A stretch of DNA of 64,000 bases from a virus, in IMG/VR virus record IMGVR_UViG_3300042484_002041, positions 32,001 through 96,000 of that record; one strand, 5' to 3'. Numbering within the stretch: position 1 is the first letter of the stretch; every line of letters begins with the position of its first letter. Of the stretch, positions 1 to 9,849 are shown piece by piece. The position numbers and the translations under genes are program-made. The notes under the pieces are model-generated. The model was not told where the DNA came from. It searched no databases and worked only from the letters and a program-made list of their open reading frames with translations.

Positions 1-73
1 AACAGTGGCCGGTACAGCCGAAATGTTAGCCAAACAGCTTGTGTAATCTAAATATCTATGTTACACTAGCAAT

Positions 74-364
74 ATGAATTCCAAAGAAACTGAAGTAATG
101 AACATTCTGCAAGAAGAATGTGCCGAGGTCATTCAAGCTGTCAGCAAATGCGCTAGGTTTGGGATTGACAATTGCAAGCCGCAAGCCCGAGTGACTAACC
201 GGGAACATCTTGAAGAAGAAGCAGGTGACTTGCTTTGCATGCTTCAGTTGATGATGGAGATGGGTGTACTCAACGAAAAGAAAGTATATGATGCTGCGCT
301 CCAGAAACGAGCAAAACTGCACAAATGGTCGAATATCTTTACACATGACGTTACAACAGAATGA
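74..364 (+). CDS. MazG-like NTP pyrophosphohydrolase
   Basis: EECAEVIQA...LEEEAGDLL acidic helical motifs typical of the MazG/NTP-PPase fold. Confidence 0.75.
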   Translation: MNSKETEVMNILQEECAEVIQAVSKCARFGIDNCKPQARVTNREHLEEEAGDLLCMLQLMMEMGVLNEKKVYDAALQKRAKLHKWSNIFTHDVTTE

Positions 365-1218
365 GCAAACTTAAAATCTCAGAACTATTTTATAGCATCC
401 AGGGCGAGGGACGATACATGGGTGTACCCAGTGTGTTCTTGCGCACATTTGGCTGCAACTTTACCTGCGACGGATTCGGTATGACACGTGGGGAGAAAAG
501 CCAAGAGCGTATCAAGATTGCTGCACTAGACAGCTTTGGCCCATACGCTAACTACAAAGAACTTCCCCTTGTTAGTACCGGATGTGACAGCTATGCGTCC
601 TGGGATCCTGCATTCAAGCATCTTAGCCCGGTGATTGATACCAAGGACATTGTCAAGAGCATTTGTGAAATGCTGCCGCACAAAGAGTGGCGTGAAGAAC
701 ACTTGGTTATCACAGGCGGAGAACCCTTGTTGGGATGGCAACGTGCTTATCCAGACTTGTTGAATCATCCGTCAATGCAAGGACTGAAAGAGATCACGTT
801 TGAAACCAATGGTACTCAACAGTTGACCGGTGAGTTCAAACGATATCTTGCAGATTGGGGCATTGAGAAACGCGGATACAACGCTATTACATTTAGTGTC
901 AGCGCCAAGCTTGGGGTCAGTGGCGAATCAAGAGAAGATGCTATTCTTCCTGAAGTAGTATGCGAATATGAACAAGTAGGATACACCTATCTAAAGTTTG
1001 TGATTGCGTCCGAAGAGGATGCAGCCGAAGCACTAGAAGTTATAGGAATTTACCGTGCTGCTGGATTTAAAGGGCCTGCATACTTGATGCCTATTGGCGG
1101 GGTAGAAAAGGTGTACGGCATGAACAATCGCAACGTGGCAGCATTTGCAATCAAACACGGGCTAAGGTATAGCGATCGGCTCCAGGTGCCCTTGTTCAAG
1201 AACGAGTGGGGCACTTGA
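361..1218 (+). CDS. queE: 7-carboxy-7-deazaguanine synthase (QueE-type radical SAM)
   Basis: ELFYSIQGEG...FLRTFGCNFTC...CDS, ITGGEPLL, ETNGT, C-terminal RLQV; CxxxC with a long insertion before the third Cys. Confidence 0.85.
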   Translation: MSKLKISELFYSIQGEGRYMGVPSVFLRTFGCNFTCDGFGMTRGEKSQERIKIAALDSFGPYANYKELPLVSTGCDSYASWDPAFKHLSPVIDTKDIVKSICEMLPHKEWREEHLVITGGEPLLGWQRAYPDLLNHPSMQGLKEITFETNGTQQLTGEFKRYLADWGIEKRGYNAITFSVSAKLGVSGESREDAILPEVVCEYEQVGYTYLKFVIASEEDAAEALEVIGIYRAAGFKGPAYLMPIGGVEKVYGMNNRNVAAFAIKHGLRYSDRLQVPLFKNEWGT

Positions 1219-1610
1219 TGTTTGAATATTTGAAGAAAAAATTTACAAAGCCGTCGGTGTCCGAAGCACCAAAGGCTCCGAAGGCTGATGCTGCGCCTAA
1301 GAAATCCCCCAAGGAACTGGCTACCGAACGCGGAGAACCGTATGTGGCAATCCTTGGACTAGAGGTTGATCCTGAAAATCTGCATCAGGGCGCATTCGAA
1401 ATTGACTGGAATGAAAAGTTTGTTGCCAATCTAGTTCGTGCTGGATATCAACTCAAACGCGAAGACTCTGACTCGGAAATTGTAGACCGGTGGTTTCAGA
1501 ATGTCTGCAGACACGTTGTAATGGAAACCTGGGAACAGGAACAGGCCATGAACCCGCAACCTTATGTACGCAGCAGGAATCTAGGTAACGGACGCAGAGA
1601 AGTAAGTTGA
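1218..1610 (+). CDS. hypothetical phage protein
   Basis: ORF coupled to the queE stop (ATG at 1218). Confidence 0.6.
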   Translation: MFEYLKKKFTKPSVSEAPKAPKADAAPKKSPKELATERGEPYVAILGLEVDPENLHQGAFEIDWNEKFVANLVRAGYQLKREDSDSEIVDRWFQNVCRHVVMETWEQEQAMNPQPYVRSRNLGNGRREVS

Positions 1611-1613
1611 AGT

Positions 1614-2090
1614 ATGATATTCAACAAAGTAAAAGAGCTCAAAGAGCAGGGTAAAACAATCGGCATTGTGTTTAGTACATTTGATATGTTACATGCTGGA
1701 CATATTGCAATGTTGAGTGAAGCCAAGCACTACTGTGACTACTTGATTGCAGGTCTACAAACAGATCCAACCATAGACAGGCCAGAAACCAAAAACGCCC
1801 CAGTTCAAACCATTGTAGAACGACAGATTCAATTGGCTGCTACTCGATATGTTGATGAGGTTGTGGTATACCAAACAGAAAAAGATCTAGAAGACCTGTT
1901 GCTTATCCTGCCCGTGGATGTTAGAATACTGGGCATCGAGTACGCAGACCGTGACTTTACCGGCAAGACTATTTGCACACAACGCAACATCAAAATTATC
2001 TACAACGCAAGAGATCACAGCTTTAGCAGCAGCAGTCTGAGAAAGCGGGTAGTAGAATCAGAAAGTCTAAAGAATTGTAAAGGTGTTTAA
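1614..2090 (+). CDS. cytidylyltransferase (TagD/RfaE-like)
   Basis: FSTFDMLHAGH (HxGH) motif, YVDEVV, SSSSLR C-terminal motif. Confidence 0.85.
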   Translation: MIFNKVKELKEQGKTIGIVFSTFDMLHAGHIAMLSEAKHYCDYLIAGLQTDPTIDRPETKNAPVQTIVERQIQLAATRYVDEVVVYQTEKDLEDLLLILPVDVRILGIEYADRDFTGKTICTQRNIKIIYNARDHSFSSSSLRKRVVESESLKNCKGV

Positions 2091-2788
2091 TGATCTTATA
2101 CGTCAATGGCGATAGCCATGCTGCGGCTGCCGAAGCTGTCAACTGTCATGCATTTGCCGAAGATGATCACCGATATTTTTATATGGGTCGTGCACCACAC
2201 CCAGATAATCTAGCAGTGAGTTGGGGGCGCCGGCTTGCCGATGTTGTTAAAGCTAGTTTCAAATGCGAGGCAGAGTCGGCTAGCTCAAATACAAGAATAC
2301 TTCGCACTACTCGTCAGTGGTTGAAAGACACCAACCTTTCAACCACTGAAGTTCTAGTAGTCATTCAATGGAGTACCTGGGAGAGGGAAGAATGGTTAAT
2401 TGATAAAGTGTACTATCAAGTGGGATCCAGTGGAATTGATCATGTTCCGGTTGATCATCAACAACGATACAAAGAGTATGTAGTTAGTGTAAATTGGAAA
2501 AAGAAAACTGAACAGGCACATGCAGAAATTTGGCAATTACATACCGAGCTCGACACCCTAGGAGTGAATCATATTTTCTTCAACGGTAATAACGACTTTA
2601 GCAGTATTGAAGAACAAAAAAACTGGGGCAAAAGTTATATTGATCCATACGATCCTAAGGGAACTTACAATGCTCGATTAAGAGCTGCAAACATACAAAC
2701 AGTAACCCCCGAGTCATGGCATTTTGGGGTAGATGGACACGCCCAATGGGCACGTGTCATGATGAAATACATTAGTAGTATGTTGTGA
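2090..2788 (+). CDS. SGNH/GDSL-like hydrolase-fold protein
   Basis: N-terminal NGDSH, SSN block, C-terminal HFGVDGH. Confidence 0.55.
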   Translation: MILYVNGDSHAAAAEAVNCHAFAEDDHRYFYMGRAPHPDNLAVSWGRRLADVVKASFKCEAESASSNTRILRTTRQWLKDTNLSTTEVLVVIQWSTWEREEWLIDKVYYQVGSSGIDHVPVDHQQRYKEYVVSVNWKKKTEQAHAEIWQLHTELDTLGVNHIFFNGNNDFSSIEEQKNWGKSYIDPYDPKGTYNARLRAANIQTVTPESWHFGVDGHAQWARVMMKYISSML

Positions 2789-3459
2789 AAATTTTATTAT
2801 TTCATTATTTTGGATATGGCGGCGGCAAATTTATTACTAATTGTTTAAGTTTTAGCAAAAGAGTAGCAATTCAAAATTTTGATATAGCATTGCGTACATT
2901 AGAAAATAAGGAGGAGGCGCCGCCAATAGAACAAACACTATTAATGACTATCCCACCTAAAGAAAACTCTCTAGATTGGTGGGGACTTGAACAAGGATGT
3001 GTTCAGTTGTTCGGTGCCGGTATAATCGAAATTAAGCGCAACGGTATACACCATCGGGCCCCGTTAAATAATCTTAGTTTATTAAACGATGTTTGGTTAC
3101 CTTTGGTTACTCATACAAAATTAGAATTTGATAACGTGTTGAAATTTTTCTCAGCATCGACAATTGTTAAAATATTTGTCGATGCCGATCCAACTTTTAT
3201 CAACCTAGCTATGCTTATAAAATCGCCGAACTTCAACAAAGCACACAGTGCCATCGAAAGTTTGCCCATTTACAAAAGTTTTTATGTTGACATTTTATCT
3301 TGTAATTTTGATTTTGTATTCCACAATTGGAACCCATTGATTGCTAAAAATCATTTAAAAATAACAGATCTAGCCAACCTGGTTGGATGCAATTTTGATT
3401 TAGATCTAGCAAAAAATTATATAAAAAAATATGTGGATTTTCATACCGATCGACCTTAA
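2785..3459 (+). CDS. AT-rich hypothetical protein (P-loop/sulfotransferase-like N-terminus)
   Basis: YFGYGGGKFI N-terminus resembles ORFs 19692 and 23121. Confidence 0.45.
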   Translation: MKILLFHYFGYGGGKFITNCLSFSKRVAIQNFDIALRTLENKEEAPPIEQTLLMTIPPKENSLDWWGLEQGCVQLFGAGIIEIKRNGIHHRAPLNNLSLLNDVWLPLVTHTKLEFDNVLKFFSASTIVKIFVDADPTFINLAMLIKSPNFNKAHSAIESLPIYKSFYVDILSCNFDFVFHNWNPLIAKNHLKITDLANLVGCNFDLDLAKNYIKKYVDFHTDRP

Positions 3460-3478
3460 ACTATCTTTGTGCTATAAT
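3450..3478 (+). promoter_or_regulatory. sigma70-type promoter (leaderless mRNA for RNase H)
   Basis: TCGACC-17nt-TATAAT with TG extension; ATG 7 nt downstream. Confidence 0.65.
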
Positions 3479-3485
3479 CCGTTAC

Positions 3486-4511
3486 ATGAAATATCTCTTA
3501 ATTGATACTGCAAATATGTTTTTCCGGGCTAGGCATGTGGCATTCCGTGCCAGCGATCCTTGGGAAAAAATCGGCTACGCCCTGCACATCACACTGAGTG
3601 CAGTGAACAAGGTGGCGCGTAAGTTCAACGCCGATCACGTTGTGTTCGCACTCGAAGGCCGCAGCTGGCGCAAGGATGTGTATCTTCCTTACAAGCGCAA
3701 CCGTGCTGAACTGCGGGCTGCTGCTACAGAAAAAGAGCAAGAAGAAGACAAATTGTTCTGGGAAACATTTGATAACTTTACTAAATACTTGAGTGAGCAG
3801 ACCAACTGTTCAGTTATCCGACATGAAAACGCCGAAGCCGATGACATCATTGCACGGTGGATAGCGTTACACCCCCAAGACCAACATTATATTGTCAGCA
3901 GCGACACCGACTTTGTTCAATTGCTTGCGCCAAACGTGCAACAGTTCAACGGCATCACCGATGAGTTGCTGACTCTTGAAGGCATTTTTGACGCCAAAAA
4001 CAAACTCGTAATTGACAAAAAAACCAAGCTACCCAAGACTGTTCCCGAACCCAAATGGCTATTGTTCGAAAAGTGCATGCGTGGAGATTCCAGCGACAAT
4101 GTGTTTTCGGCCTATCCGGGCGTGCGTGTCAAGGGCACCAAGAACAAAGTGGGGCTGCTTGAGGCATTTGCTGACCGCGAACGTCAAGGATATGCGTGGA
4201 ACAATCTCATGTTGCAACGCTGGACTGATCATGAAGGTGCTGAACATCGTGTGCTGGATGACTATGAGCGCAATCTTATGCTGATTGATCTTACTGCACA
4301 GCCCGACAACATCAAAGCTGCGGTAGACACAGCAATCAAAACCCAAATTAGACACAGAGATATCGGACAAGTGGGTGCACGGTTCATGAAGTTTTGCGGC
4401 AAGTTTGAACTCAATCGTGCATCTGAATCAGCAGAACAATTCGGTCGTTGGCTGAACCAAACATACCCAGGAGTACTTAATAATGATAGTAGCCAAAACA
4501 GTAATACCTAA
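3486..4511 (+). CDS. rnh: T4 RNase H-like 5'-3' exonuclease / flap endonuclease
   Basis: LLIDTAN, WRKDVYLPYKRNR, EADDIIA, SSDTDFVQL, GDSSDNV motifs. Confidence 0.9.
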   Translation: MKYLLIDTANMFFRARHVAFRASDPWEKIGYALHITLSAVNKVARKFNADHVVFALEGRSWRKDVYLPYKRNRAELRAAATEKEQEEDKLFWETFDNFTKYLSEQTNCSVIRHENAEADDIIARWIALHPQDQHYIVSSDTDFVQLLAPNVQQFNGITDELLTLEGIFDAKNKLVIDKKTKLPKTVPEPKWLLFEKCMRGDSSDNVFSAYPGVRVKGTKNKVGLLEAFADRERQGYAWNNLMLQRWTDHEGAEHRVLDDYERNLMLIDLTAQPDNIKAAVDTAIKTQIRHRDIGQVGARFMKFCGKFELNRASESAEQFGRWLNQTYPGVLNNDSSQNSNT

Positions 4512-4923
4512 TCAGTATTGGATCCTACGGCAAGGTGATACCAAAGTTGGTAACATCGAGGCCGGGCCAGATGGATTTCAAATCAAAATCAACAACGTTG
4601 TACAACAATACAAATCCATCAAGACTCTTAAACAAAAGGTTCAAATCGACTTTGAACCTGTTGAGAAGAAATCTGCGCCTGTTGTTGATAATGAAGTTAA
4701 TGGATTCCCCACAACCGGGCGCCCATACAATGCCATCTATGATGTCAAGCATCAAGTACCTCTCTGGACACGTGAACCCAGGTCCAAGTCTTGGTTCGCT
4801 GCTGGGTGGTATCGGGTACGCACTGGCCGTACTTGGCAAGTGGTCCAAAGCCCCAAGTTGATTGTTCTGCAACGATATGAATACAAAGGGCCTTTCCATA
4901 CTGAGGCCAAGGCGCGGGCATGA
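4483..4923 (+). CDS. hypothetical phage protein
   Basis: ORF with RBS (GGAG) overlapping the rnh end. Confidence 0.6.
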   Translation: MIVAKTVIPNQYWILRQGDTKVGNIEAGPDGFQIKINNVVQQYKSIKTLKQKVQIDFEPVEKKSAPVVDNEVNGFPTTGRPYNAIYDVKHQVPLWTREPRSKSWFAAGWYRVRTGRTWQVVQSPKLIVLQRYEYKGPFHTEAKARA

Positions 4924-5132
4924 GTATTCATATCAACAAATTTATCGATAAGATCAAGGCCACAGAAAGCCGCAACCTGCGTGACCTCACAATGTCCATG
5001 ACTGACGCCCGGGACCTGCACGCCGACATTACCAAGCTGCTGTTGGCCGTGCAGGTACTGCAAGAGCGAGGACAGGCTGCCGCGCCAACAACCGGCGTTA
5101 TCTCAGTTGAGGTCGAGGGCGGTACCTTTTAG
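4920..5132 (+). CDS. hypothetical phage protein
   Basis: ATGA coupling to the upstream ORF. Confidence 0.6.
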   Translation: MSIHINKFIDKIKATESRNLRDLTMSMTDARDLHADITKLLLAVQVLQERGQAAAPTTGVISVEVEGGTF

Positions 5133-5172
5133 CCTCTGAAGCTGGCTCATAAATAAATGTAGGAGTTTATTG

Positions 5173-5478
5173 ATGAGCCGACCCAGACCAACTGTACTTG
5201 TTGAAGTAACTAATCGTAGTACGTACAAGACCGAACAAGTGTTAGCAGCCGAAGGAGTTTGGGCTGTGTTCTTTGACCGCCAGCCTATCAACTTAAAAAC
5301 CAGTAACCTACTAGTGCAGTACCCAGGTCCTAAGTATAAAAAAGTCAGCTTCCCTAATCAGGGGCATGCTATAAACTTGGCCAAGAAGCTCAATATACAG
5401 TTCAAAACTGACAAGTTTTCAGTGGTGCTATTGACCCAAGGGGAGCAGATATTCCCCAATGAAAAACCGAAAATTTGA
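5173..5478 (+). CDS. hypothetical phage protein (late-type TAAATA promoter upstream)
   Basis: TAAATA and AGGAG upstream. Confidence 0.6.
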   Translation: MSRPRPTVLVEVTNRSTYKTEQVLAAEGVWAVFFDRQPINLKTSNLLVQYPGPKYKKVSFPNQGHAINLAKKLNIQFKTDKFSVVLLTQGEQIFPNEKPKI

Positions 5479-5830
5479 AATAGTAAGCAAGCTGATTGAC
5501 CTGGTCCCCGAGGCTCGCCGGGAGGCAGTTGACCGGGCCATGGTCACTTGGTGGGCTAATATACGCAGCACCGGTGGACTTAGACTTACAGATCATGGAT
5601 ACTGTATGCTGCATGATCTCCTGGAGATTGAGTCTTGGTCAGTGGCAATTGAAGACCCACGTAAAACTTTAAACCAGCAGTTCATGCTGGCCTTGGATCA
5701 GCGTCTCACTTGGCCTTACTACATAAGCCGAACACACGTGGTTTTCTTTAGCAGTAGAGACGCTGTCATGGCTTCTCTACATGGCGACCTTCGAGCTTGG
5801 ATTGACCTGGTCGAACCCCGCAATCAATAA
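5459..5830 (+). CDS. hypothetical phage protein
   Basis: ORF overlapping the upstream gene. Confidence 0.55.
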   Translation: MKNRKFEIVSKLIDLVPEARREAVDRAMVTWWANIRSTGGLRLTDHGYCMLHDLLEIESWSVAIEDPRKTLNQQFMLALDQRLTWPYYISRTHVVFFSSRDAVMASLHGDLRAWIDLVEPRNQ

Positions 5831-5876
5831 TCCTTAGTATGTTTACCGTTTTTCTTTGGCTTAACATAATTTGCTT

Positions 5877-6326
5877 TCATACACTAAAAGAATTTGATTT
5901 TTTAATATTTTCATGTTCCGTTAAAATTTGAAGATTATTTTCTACATGTAATCCACAAACTAGTGGATGGTTAGATGGAATAATGTGATCTACTTCGTGT
6001 TTAATACCGGTTTCATAAGTAAGCTGTTTTGCCTTTTTATAAATGTTCCTAATTTCTATCACATTTGCCCAGGCAGGCATTGACTTATCTCTTTTTTTTC
6101 GCCTTTCGACTATGTAAGACGACCACTTTGCTTTTTTCTCTAAAATAATAATCTCTTCTTGAGTTAATGAAGATTTTCGTATTTCTGGACCAGGGCGTTT
6201 ATAAAAAATAGAAACTTCGTCTTTCGTACACGGCATGCCCAGTGCAATTGATAGACGTTGTTTTCGAGTTAATTTTGGCCCCACGAATTCTCTTTTAAAT
6301 TTGGCGTATTCTCGTGAAGTATTCAT
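5877..6326 (-). CDS. HNH endonuclease (possible homing endonuclease)
   Basis: HEVDHIIP...VCGLHVENNLQIL...EN..KSN; AT-rich, opposite strand. Confidence 0.85.
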   Translation of the reverse strand: MNTSREYAKFKREFVGPKLTRKQRLSIALGMPCTKDEVSIFYKRPGPEIRKSSLTQEEIIILEKKAKWSSYIVERRKKRDKSMPAWANVIEIRNIYKKAKQLTYETGIKHEVDHIIPSNHPLVCGLHVENNLQILTEHENIKKSNSFSV

Positions 6327-6420
6327 ATAATTATTTATGGTAGAAATATATCATGGTTTCTACTTAGTTTAATAAATACTTTGTAGGACATAATTCTGCA
6401 TACTTAACAAAGGACACATC

Positions 6421-6591
6421 ATGTTAGCAATCTTAATCAAATTTTTCGATCATTTTTTTTCATCGGCAAGTTATTCAAATGAGCTTGATAGGTTCGTGCT
6501 CAGCAAAAAGCCGACCTCGGTGATAGAAATGGAATACTGGGTCAAAGAATACGATCGCAAGATGACTCGCGGCCAAGGCTGGATACTATGA
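6421..6591 (+). CDS. small DUF3563-like protein (not in ORF track)
   Basis: MLAILIKFFDHFFSSASYSNELDRFVLSKKPTSVIEMEYWVKEYDRK...; AAGGA RBS. Confidence 0.5.
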   Translation: MLAILIKFFDHFFSSASYSNELDRFVLSKKPTSVIEMEYWVKEYDRKMTRGQGWIL

Positions 6592-6844
6592 AGACAGTAA
6601 TCAAGGCCATTTGGAACTTTTTAGCAGCATGGGGAGAGATCCGGGCTGCTCGCCATATAAGCAAGCTGTACTAACTATCATGAAATTCATAACAACCACC
6701 ATGCTAAATATGCTACAACGGTTGGCTGAAATGTTTCCAGATAGCTCTTATCAAGCACGATTAGATGCATACCTAAATTCTCACGGAATTATCGATTCCA
6801 TGTAAACAGCAGCTGACCCTTTTGACTTTAAGGGCACAGCAAGC

Positions 6845-7675
6845 ATGAGACAATTTCTAATATCGTTAGTTGTAGCGATTATTGCCGTAACAGGCACACC
6901 CGGCGCAACAGCCTGGACACAACGTGCCCCACAAGACCCACAGACTTGTAAGGTTCATGCTCCTTATGGGTTCCCACAGACAACAGGCGTACAGCCAATT
7001 TGCCGGCAAGCCTACTTAGTAGGGTATGATGCAGCAGCCAAGTTGCCTAAATACGTGACATATGAGCTACTTCCACAAAATGCTCTTGGCTGCGTTGCCC
7101 GCACTAATGCCTTTGCCACCGATCAATCAGTTGCAGGAGGAGCCACTGCTGCTGACTACGCGGGCACTGGCTACGATAAAGGTCATATGTCACCGGACGG
7201 AGATCTATCTTGGGATGTCCAGGTAGAGTTTGAATCATTCTTAATGACCAACATGAGCCCGCAGGCTGGTTCCCTGAATCGTGGAATCTGGAAACTACTC
7301 GAGACCAGCATTCGTGGATGGGCGGTTCAACGTAATCAAAGCTACACAGTGTACGTGGGCGGGGTGTACGACGCGAAGAATATGAAAATTGGCTCGGGGG
7401 TTGTAGTCCCAAATGGGTTTTACAAGATCGTAATCAACAATCAAACCAACGAGATAGCAGGATGGGCATTCCCACACATGGCACCGTACCCCAACTTGGG
7501 CAATGACTTGTCCAAGTTCCGCTTGCCGATTACACAGATCGAATCAGTAGCAGGCGTGCAATTTGCATTCCCCAAGGCTGCGGTTGAATTGCAGCCCGGC
7601 ACAGAATGGCCAGTAGACTTTGGTGCTCTTACAAAGGCGAAAAGGGTCAAGTGTGGTGCTGCATCAAATGATTAA
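6845..7675 (+). CDS. secreted DNA/RNA non-specific endonuclease (NucA/EndoG family)
   Basis: signal peptide; YAGTGYDKGHM, TNMSPQ...LNRGIW, VPNGFYKIV. Confidence 0.9.
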   Translation: MRQFLISLVVAIIAVTGTPGATAWTQRAPQDPQTCKVHAPYGFPQTTGVQPICRQAYLVGYDAAAKLPKYVTYELLPQNALGCVARTNAFATDQSVAGGATAADYAGTGYDKGHMSPDGDLSWDVQVEFESFLMTNMSPQAGSLNRGIWKLLETSIRGWAVQRNQSYTVYVGGVYDAKNMKIGSGVVVPNGFYKIVINNQTNEIAGWAFPHMAPYPNLGNDLSKFRLPITQIESVAGVQFAFPKAAVELQPGTEWPVDFGALTKAKRVKCGAASND

Positions 7676-7711
7676 ACTGATTACCGGACTATATGTACCT
7701 ATAAATAGTCC

Positions 7712-8716
7712 GTGTTAACAATTTCAGATATAGAATCACTTCACATAGAATTAACTACTCGTTGTAATGCTCGGTGCCCGATGTGTATGAGAAACTATCG
7801 AGGCTCAGACTATAACAGCGGCTATCCAACTACTGAACTATCCCTAGCCGATATTAAAAAAATTTTACCACCAGAATTTATAAAAAATAAACGGGTACTA
7901 GTTAATGGTAACTTGGGAGATTTTGGGCTAGCCAAAGATGCACTTGAGATAGTTGAGTATTTTGTCGAACATAATGCCTCGACTCGAATTCACACTAATG
8001 GATCTATGAGAACACCTGGTTGGTGGGCTCAACTTGCCCATCCAAAAGTGCAAATTGGTTTTGCACTAGATGGATTAGCTGATACCCATTCACTGTATCG
8101 ACTCAACACCGACTGGACCAGCATAATTAAAAATGCGCAGGCTTTTATTGCGGCCGGCGGCGAAGCTAGTTGGAGATTTATTGCTTTCGATCATAATTTA
8201 CACCAAGAAGCTGAATGCAGACAAATGGCCAATGATTTAGGGTTTGTATCATTTGATTATATTAATCAAGGTCGTGACAACGGTCCTGTATACACACGGG
8301 CCGGGGATTTCACACATTGGATAGGCGAGCCGTGGCACGAGCATGTACCTGATATAAAATCTATGATACAAAGTCACATAACTTGGTATGATTCTAAAAC
8401 ATTTAAGTCATCTAAAGATACCACTCCGCTTAATATTAGTTGTCAGCATAAAGTTCGCAAAGAATTGTACATAGCAGCCAATGGCGAAATATATCCATGT
8501 TGTTATCTTGGATATTATCCACAAACAATGCATCACCCGGGAAATGAACAACTCAAGACCCTAGTCAAACGAAATAATGCTCTTGAATATCCTATAGAGG
8601 AATGTATCAAATGGTTCGATACTGTAGAAGAGACTTGGGGTAAGTCTAGTATAGCCAAAGGAAGATTGTATGCCTGTGTGAACTCTTGTTCGGCGAGTTC
8701 TGCGGTTGACAATTAA
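7712..8716 (+). CDS. radical SAM / SPASM protein
   Basis: CNARCPMC motif; C-terminal GEIYPCC...C..SC. Confidence 0.85.
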   Translation: MLTISDIESLHIELTTRCNARCPMCMRNYRGSDYNSGYPTTELSLADIKKILPPEFIKNKRVLVNGNLGDFGLAKDALEIVEYFVEHNASTRIHTNGSMRTPGWWAQLAHPKVQIGFALDGLADTHSLYRLNTDWTSIIKNAQAFIAAGGEASWRFIAFDHNLHQEAECRQMANDLGFVSFDYINQGRDNGPVYTRAGDFTHWIGEPWHEHVPDIKSMIQSHITWYDSKTFKSSKDTTPLNISCQHKVRKELYIAANGEIYPCCYLGYYPQTMHHPGNEQLKTLVKRNNALEYPIEECIKWFDTVEETWGKSSIAKGRLYACVNSCSASSAVDN

Positions 8717-8810
8717 TTCATCCTGTGCTATACTGGGCACTTGATCGAAGTTCTTCGGGGCAAGAACCAAAAGTTCAGCGGTCGACCATTAATTCATCCT
8801 GTGCTATAAT
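8706..8810 (+). promoter_or_regulatory. tandem duplicated sigma70 promoters
   Basis: TTGACA-ATTAATTCATCCTGTGC-TATACT (8706-8734) and TCGACC-ATTAATTCATCCTGTGC-TATAAT (8782-8810), identical spacers. Confidence 0.8.
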
Positions 8811-8816
8811 GGTTAC

Positions 8817-9146
8817 ATGGTTAGAAAAAAGCGTTCAGATCGTACCCACATTGTGTATGCCTTAGTTTCAGGCAGCGACTTCTACATTGGAGTCACTGCA
8901 AAGACTGAAACTACTGTGCAGAAGTCAGCGCAGACTCGTTTCAACAAGCACATCTATCGCTCACGTAGTGAGGACAAGAGCTGGCTGCTGTACGAAGCTA
9001 TGCGCAAACGGGGCACCGAAGCCTTTGCAGTTCTTGTGATCGACGTGCTGCGGGGCAAGGCTGCTGCTCATGCTGCTGAACGCGAGATGATTCGCGAGCT
9101 TGCACCCAACCTGAACACTGATGTGCGGGTGCGAGCAAACGGTTGA
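8817..9146 (+). CDS. GIY-YIG-like small nuclease-domain protein
   Basis: HIVY...FYIGVT...RFNKH...ERE.I..L.P.LN pattern. Confidence 0.6.
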   Translation: MVRKKRSDRTHIVYALVSGSDFYIGVTAKTETTVQKSAQTRFNKHIYRSRSEDKSWLLYEAMRKRGTEAFAVLVIDVLRGKAAAHAAEREMIRELAPNLNTDVRVRANG

Positions 9147-9203
9147 CTCGAAATGGCACTTGTGCTATAATGTTTTTACTGTAGCAAAACGGAGCAAGAA
9201 ATG
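9143..9203 (+). promoter_or_regulatory. sigma70 promoter plus conserved 5'UTR/RBS module, copy 1
   Basis: TTGACT-17-TATAATGTTTTTACTGTAGCAAAACGGAGCAAGAAATG; near-identical at 11397 and 28799. Confidence 0.85.
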
Positions 9204-9848
9204 ATGTATGCTAACTATCGCAAGCCTGTGCAGCGTCAAGCCAACCCTGAACAAGTCCCGGCAGTGGATGCACTGCGGGCCGTGCTGCCTGTGCTGGGCT
9301 ACGGCGACGCCAAGTTCGCAAACGACCTGCTGGGCAACTTTGCGCAGTGGGGCCGGCTGAGTGAAAAACAATTGCACTGGGTCGAGACTCTGACTGCTCG
9401 TGGCCTTGCTCCCAAGCAGGCTCCTATTGCGCAGGTCACAGTGGATTTCAAGAACATTCAAGACATGTTTGACCTGGCTGGCAAGACGCTCAAGCGCATC
9501 AAGGTCAAGCTGCAAGCTGTAGGCGGACAGGCTGTGGTGTTTAATCGTGCTGGCCCGATGAGCAAGTATGCCGGGCAAGTCATGATCACAGACGGCTTGC
9601 CCTTTGGCGAGAACAAGTTCTTTGGGCGCATTGATGTTACCGGCGAGTTCTTTGCTACCCGTAATGCCACGCAAGAAGTGTGTGAGCTGGTGAAAGAGTT
9701 CAGCGAAGACCCGGCAGGCACTGCTGGCAAGTACGGCAGGCTCACAGGCGGCTGCAGTTTTTGCAATCATGGCTTGAAGGATGATCGTAGCACTCAAGTT
9801 GGCTACGGCCCAGTGTGTGCCAAGCGGTTTGGATTGGATTGGGGATAA
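9201..9848 (+). CDS. phage protein with C-terminal DUF6011-like Zn ribbon
   Basis: CSFCNHGLKDDRSTQVGYGPVCAK. Confidence 0.65.
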   Translation: MMYANYRKPVQRQANPEQVPAVDALRAVLPVLGYGDAKFANDLLGNFAQWGRLSEKQLHWVETLTARGLAPKQAPIAQVTVDFKNIQDMFDLAGKTLKRIKVKLQAVGGQAVVFNRAGPMSKYAGQVMITDGLPFGENKFFGRIDVTGEFFATRNATQEVCELVKEFSEDPAGTAGKYGRLTGGCSFCNHGLKDDRSTQVGYGPVCAKRFGLDWG

Positions 9849-9849
9849 A

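Noticed and set aside
5877-6326. Group I intron carrying the HNH gene
   Set aside because: Flanking genes appear intact, the HNH is free-standing on the opposite strand, and no intron core motifs were recognised.
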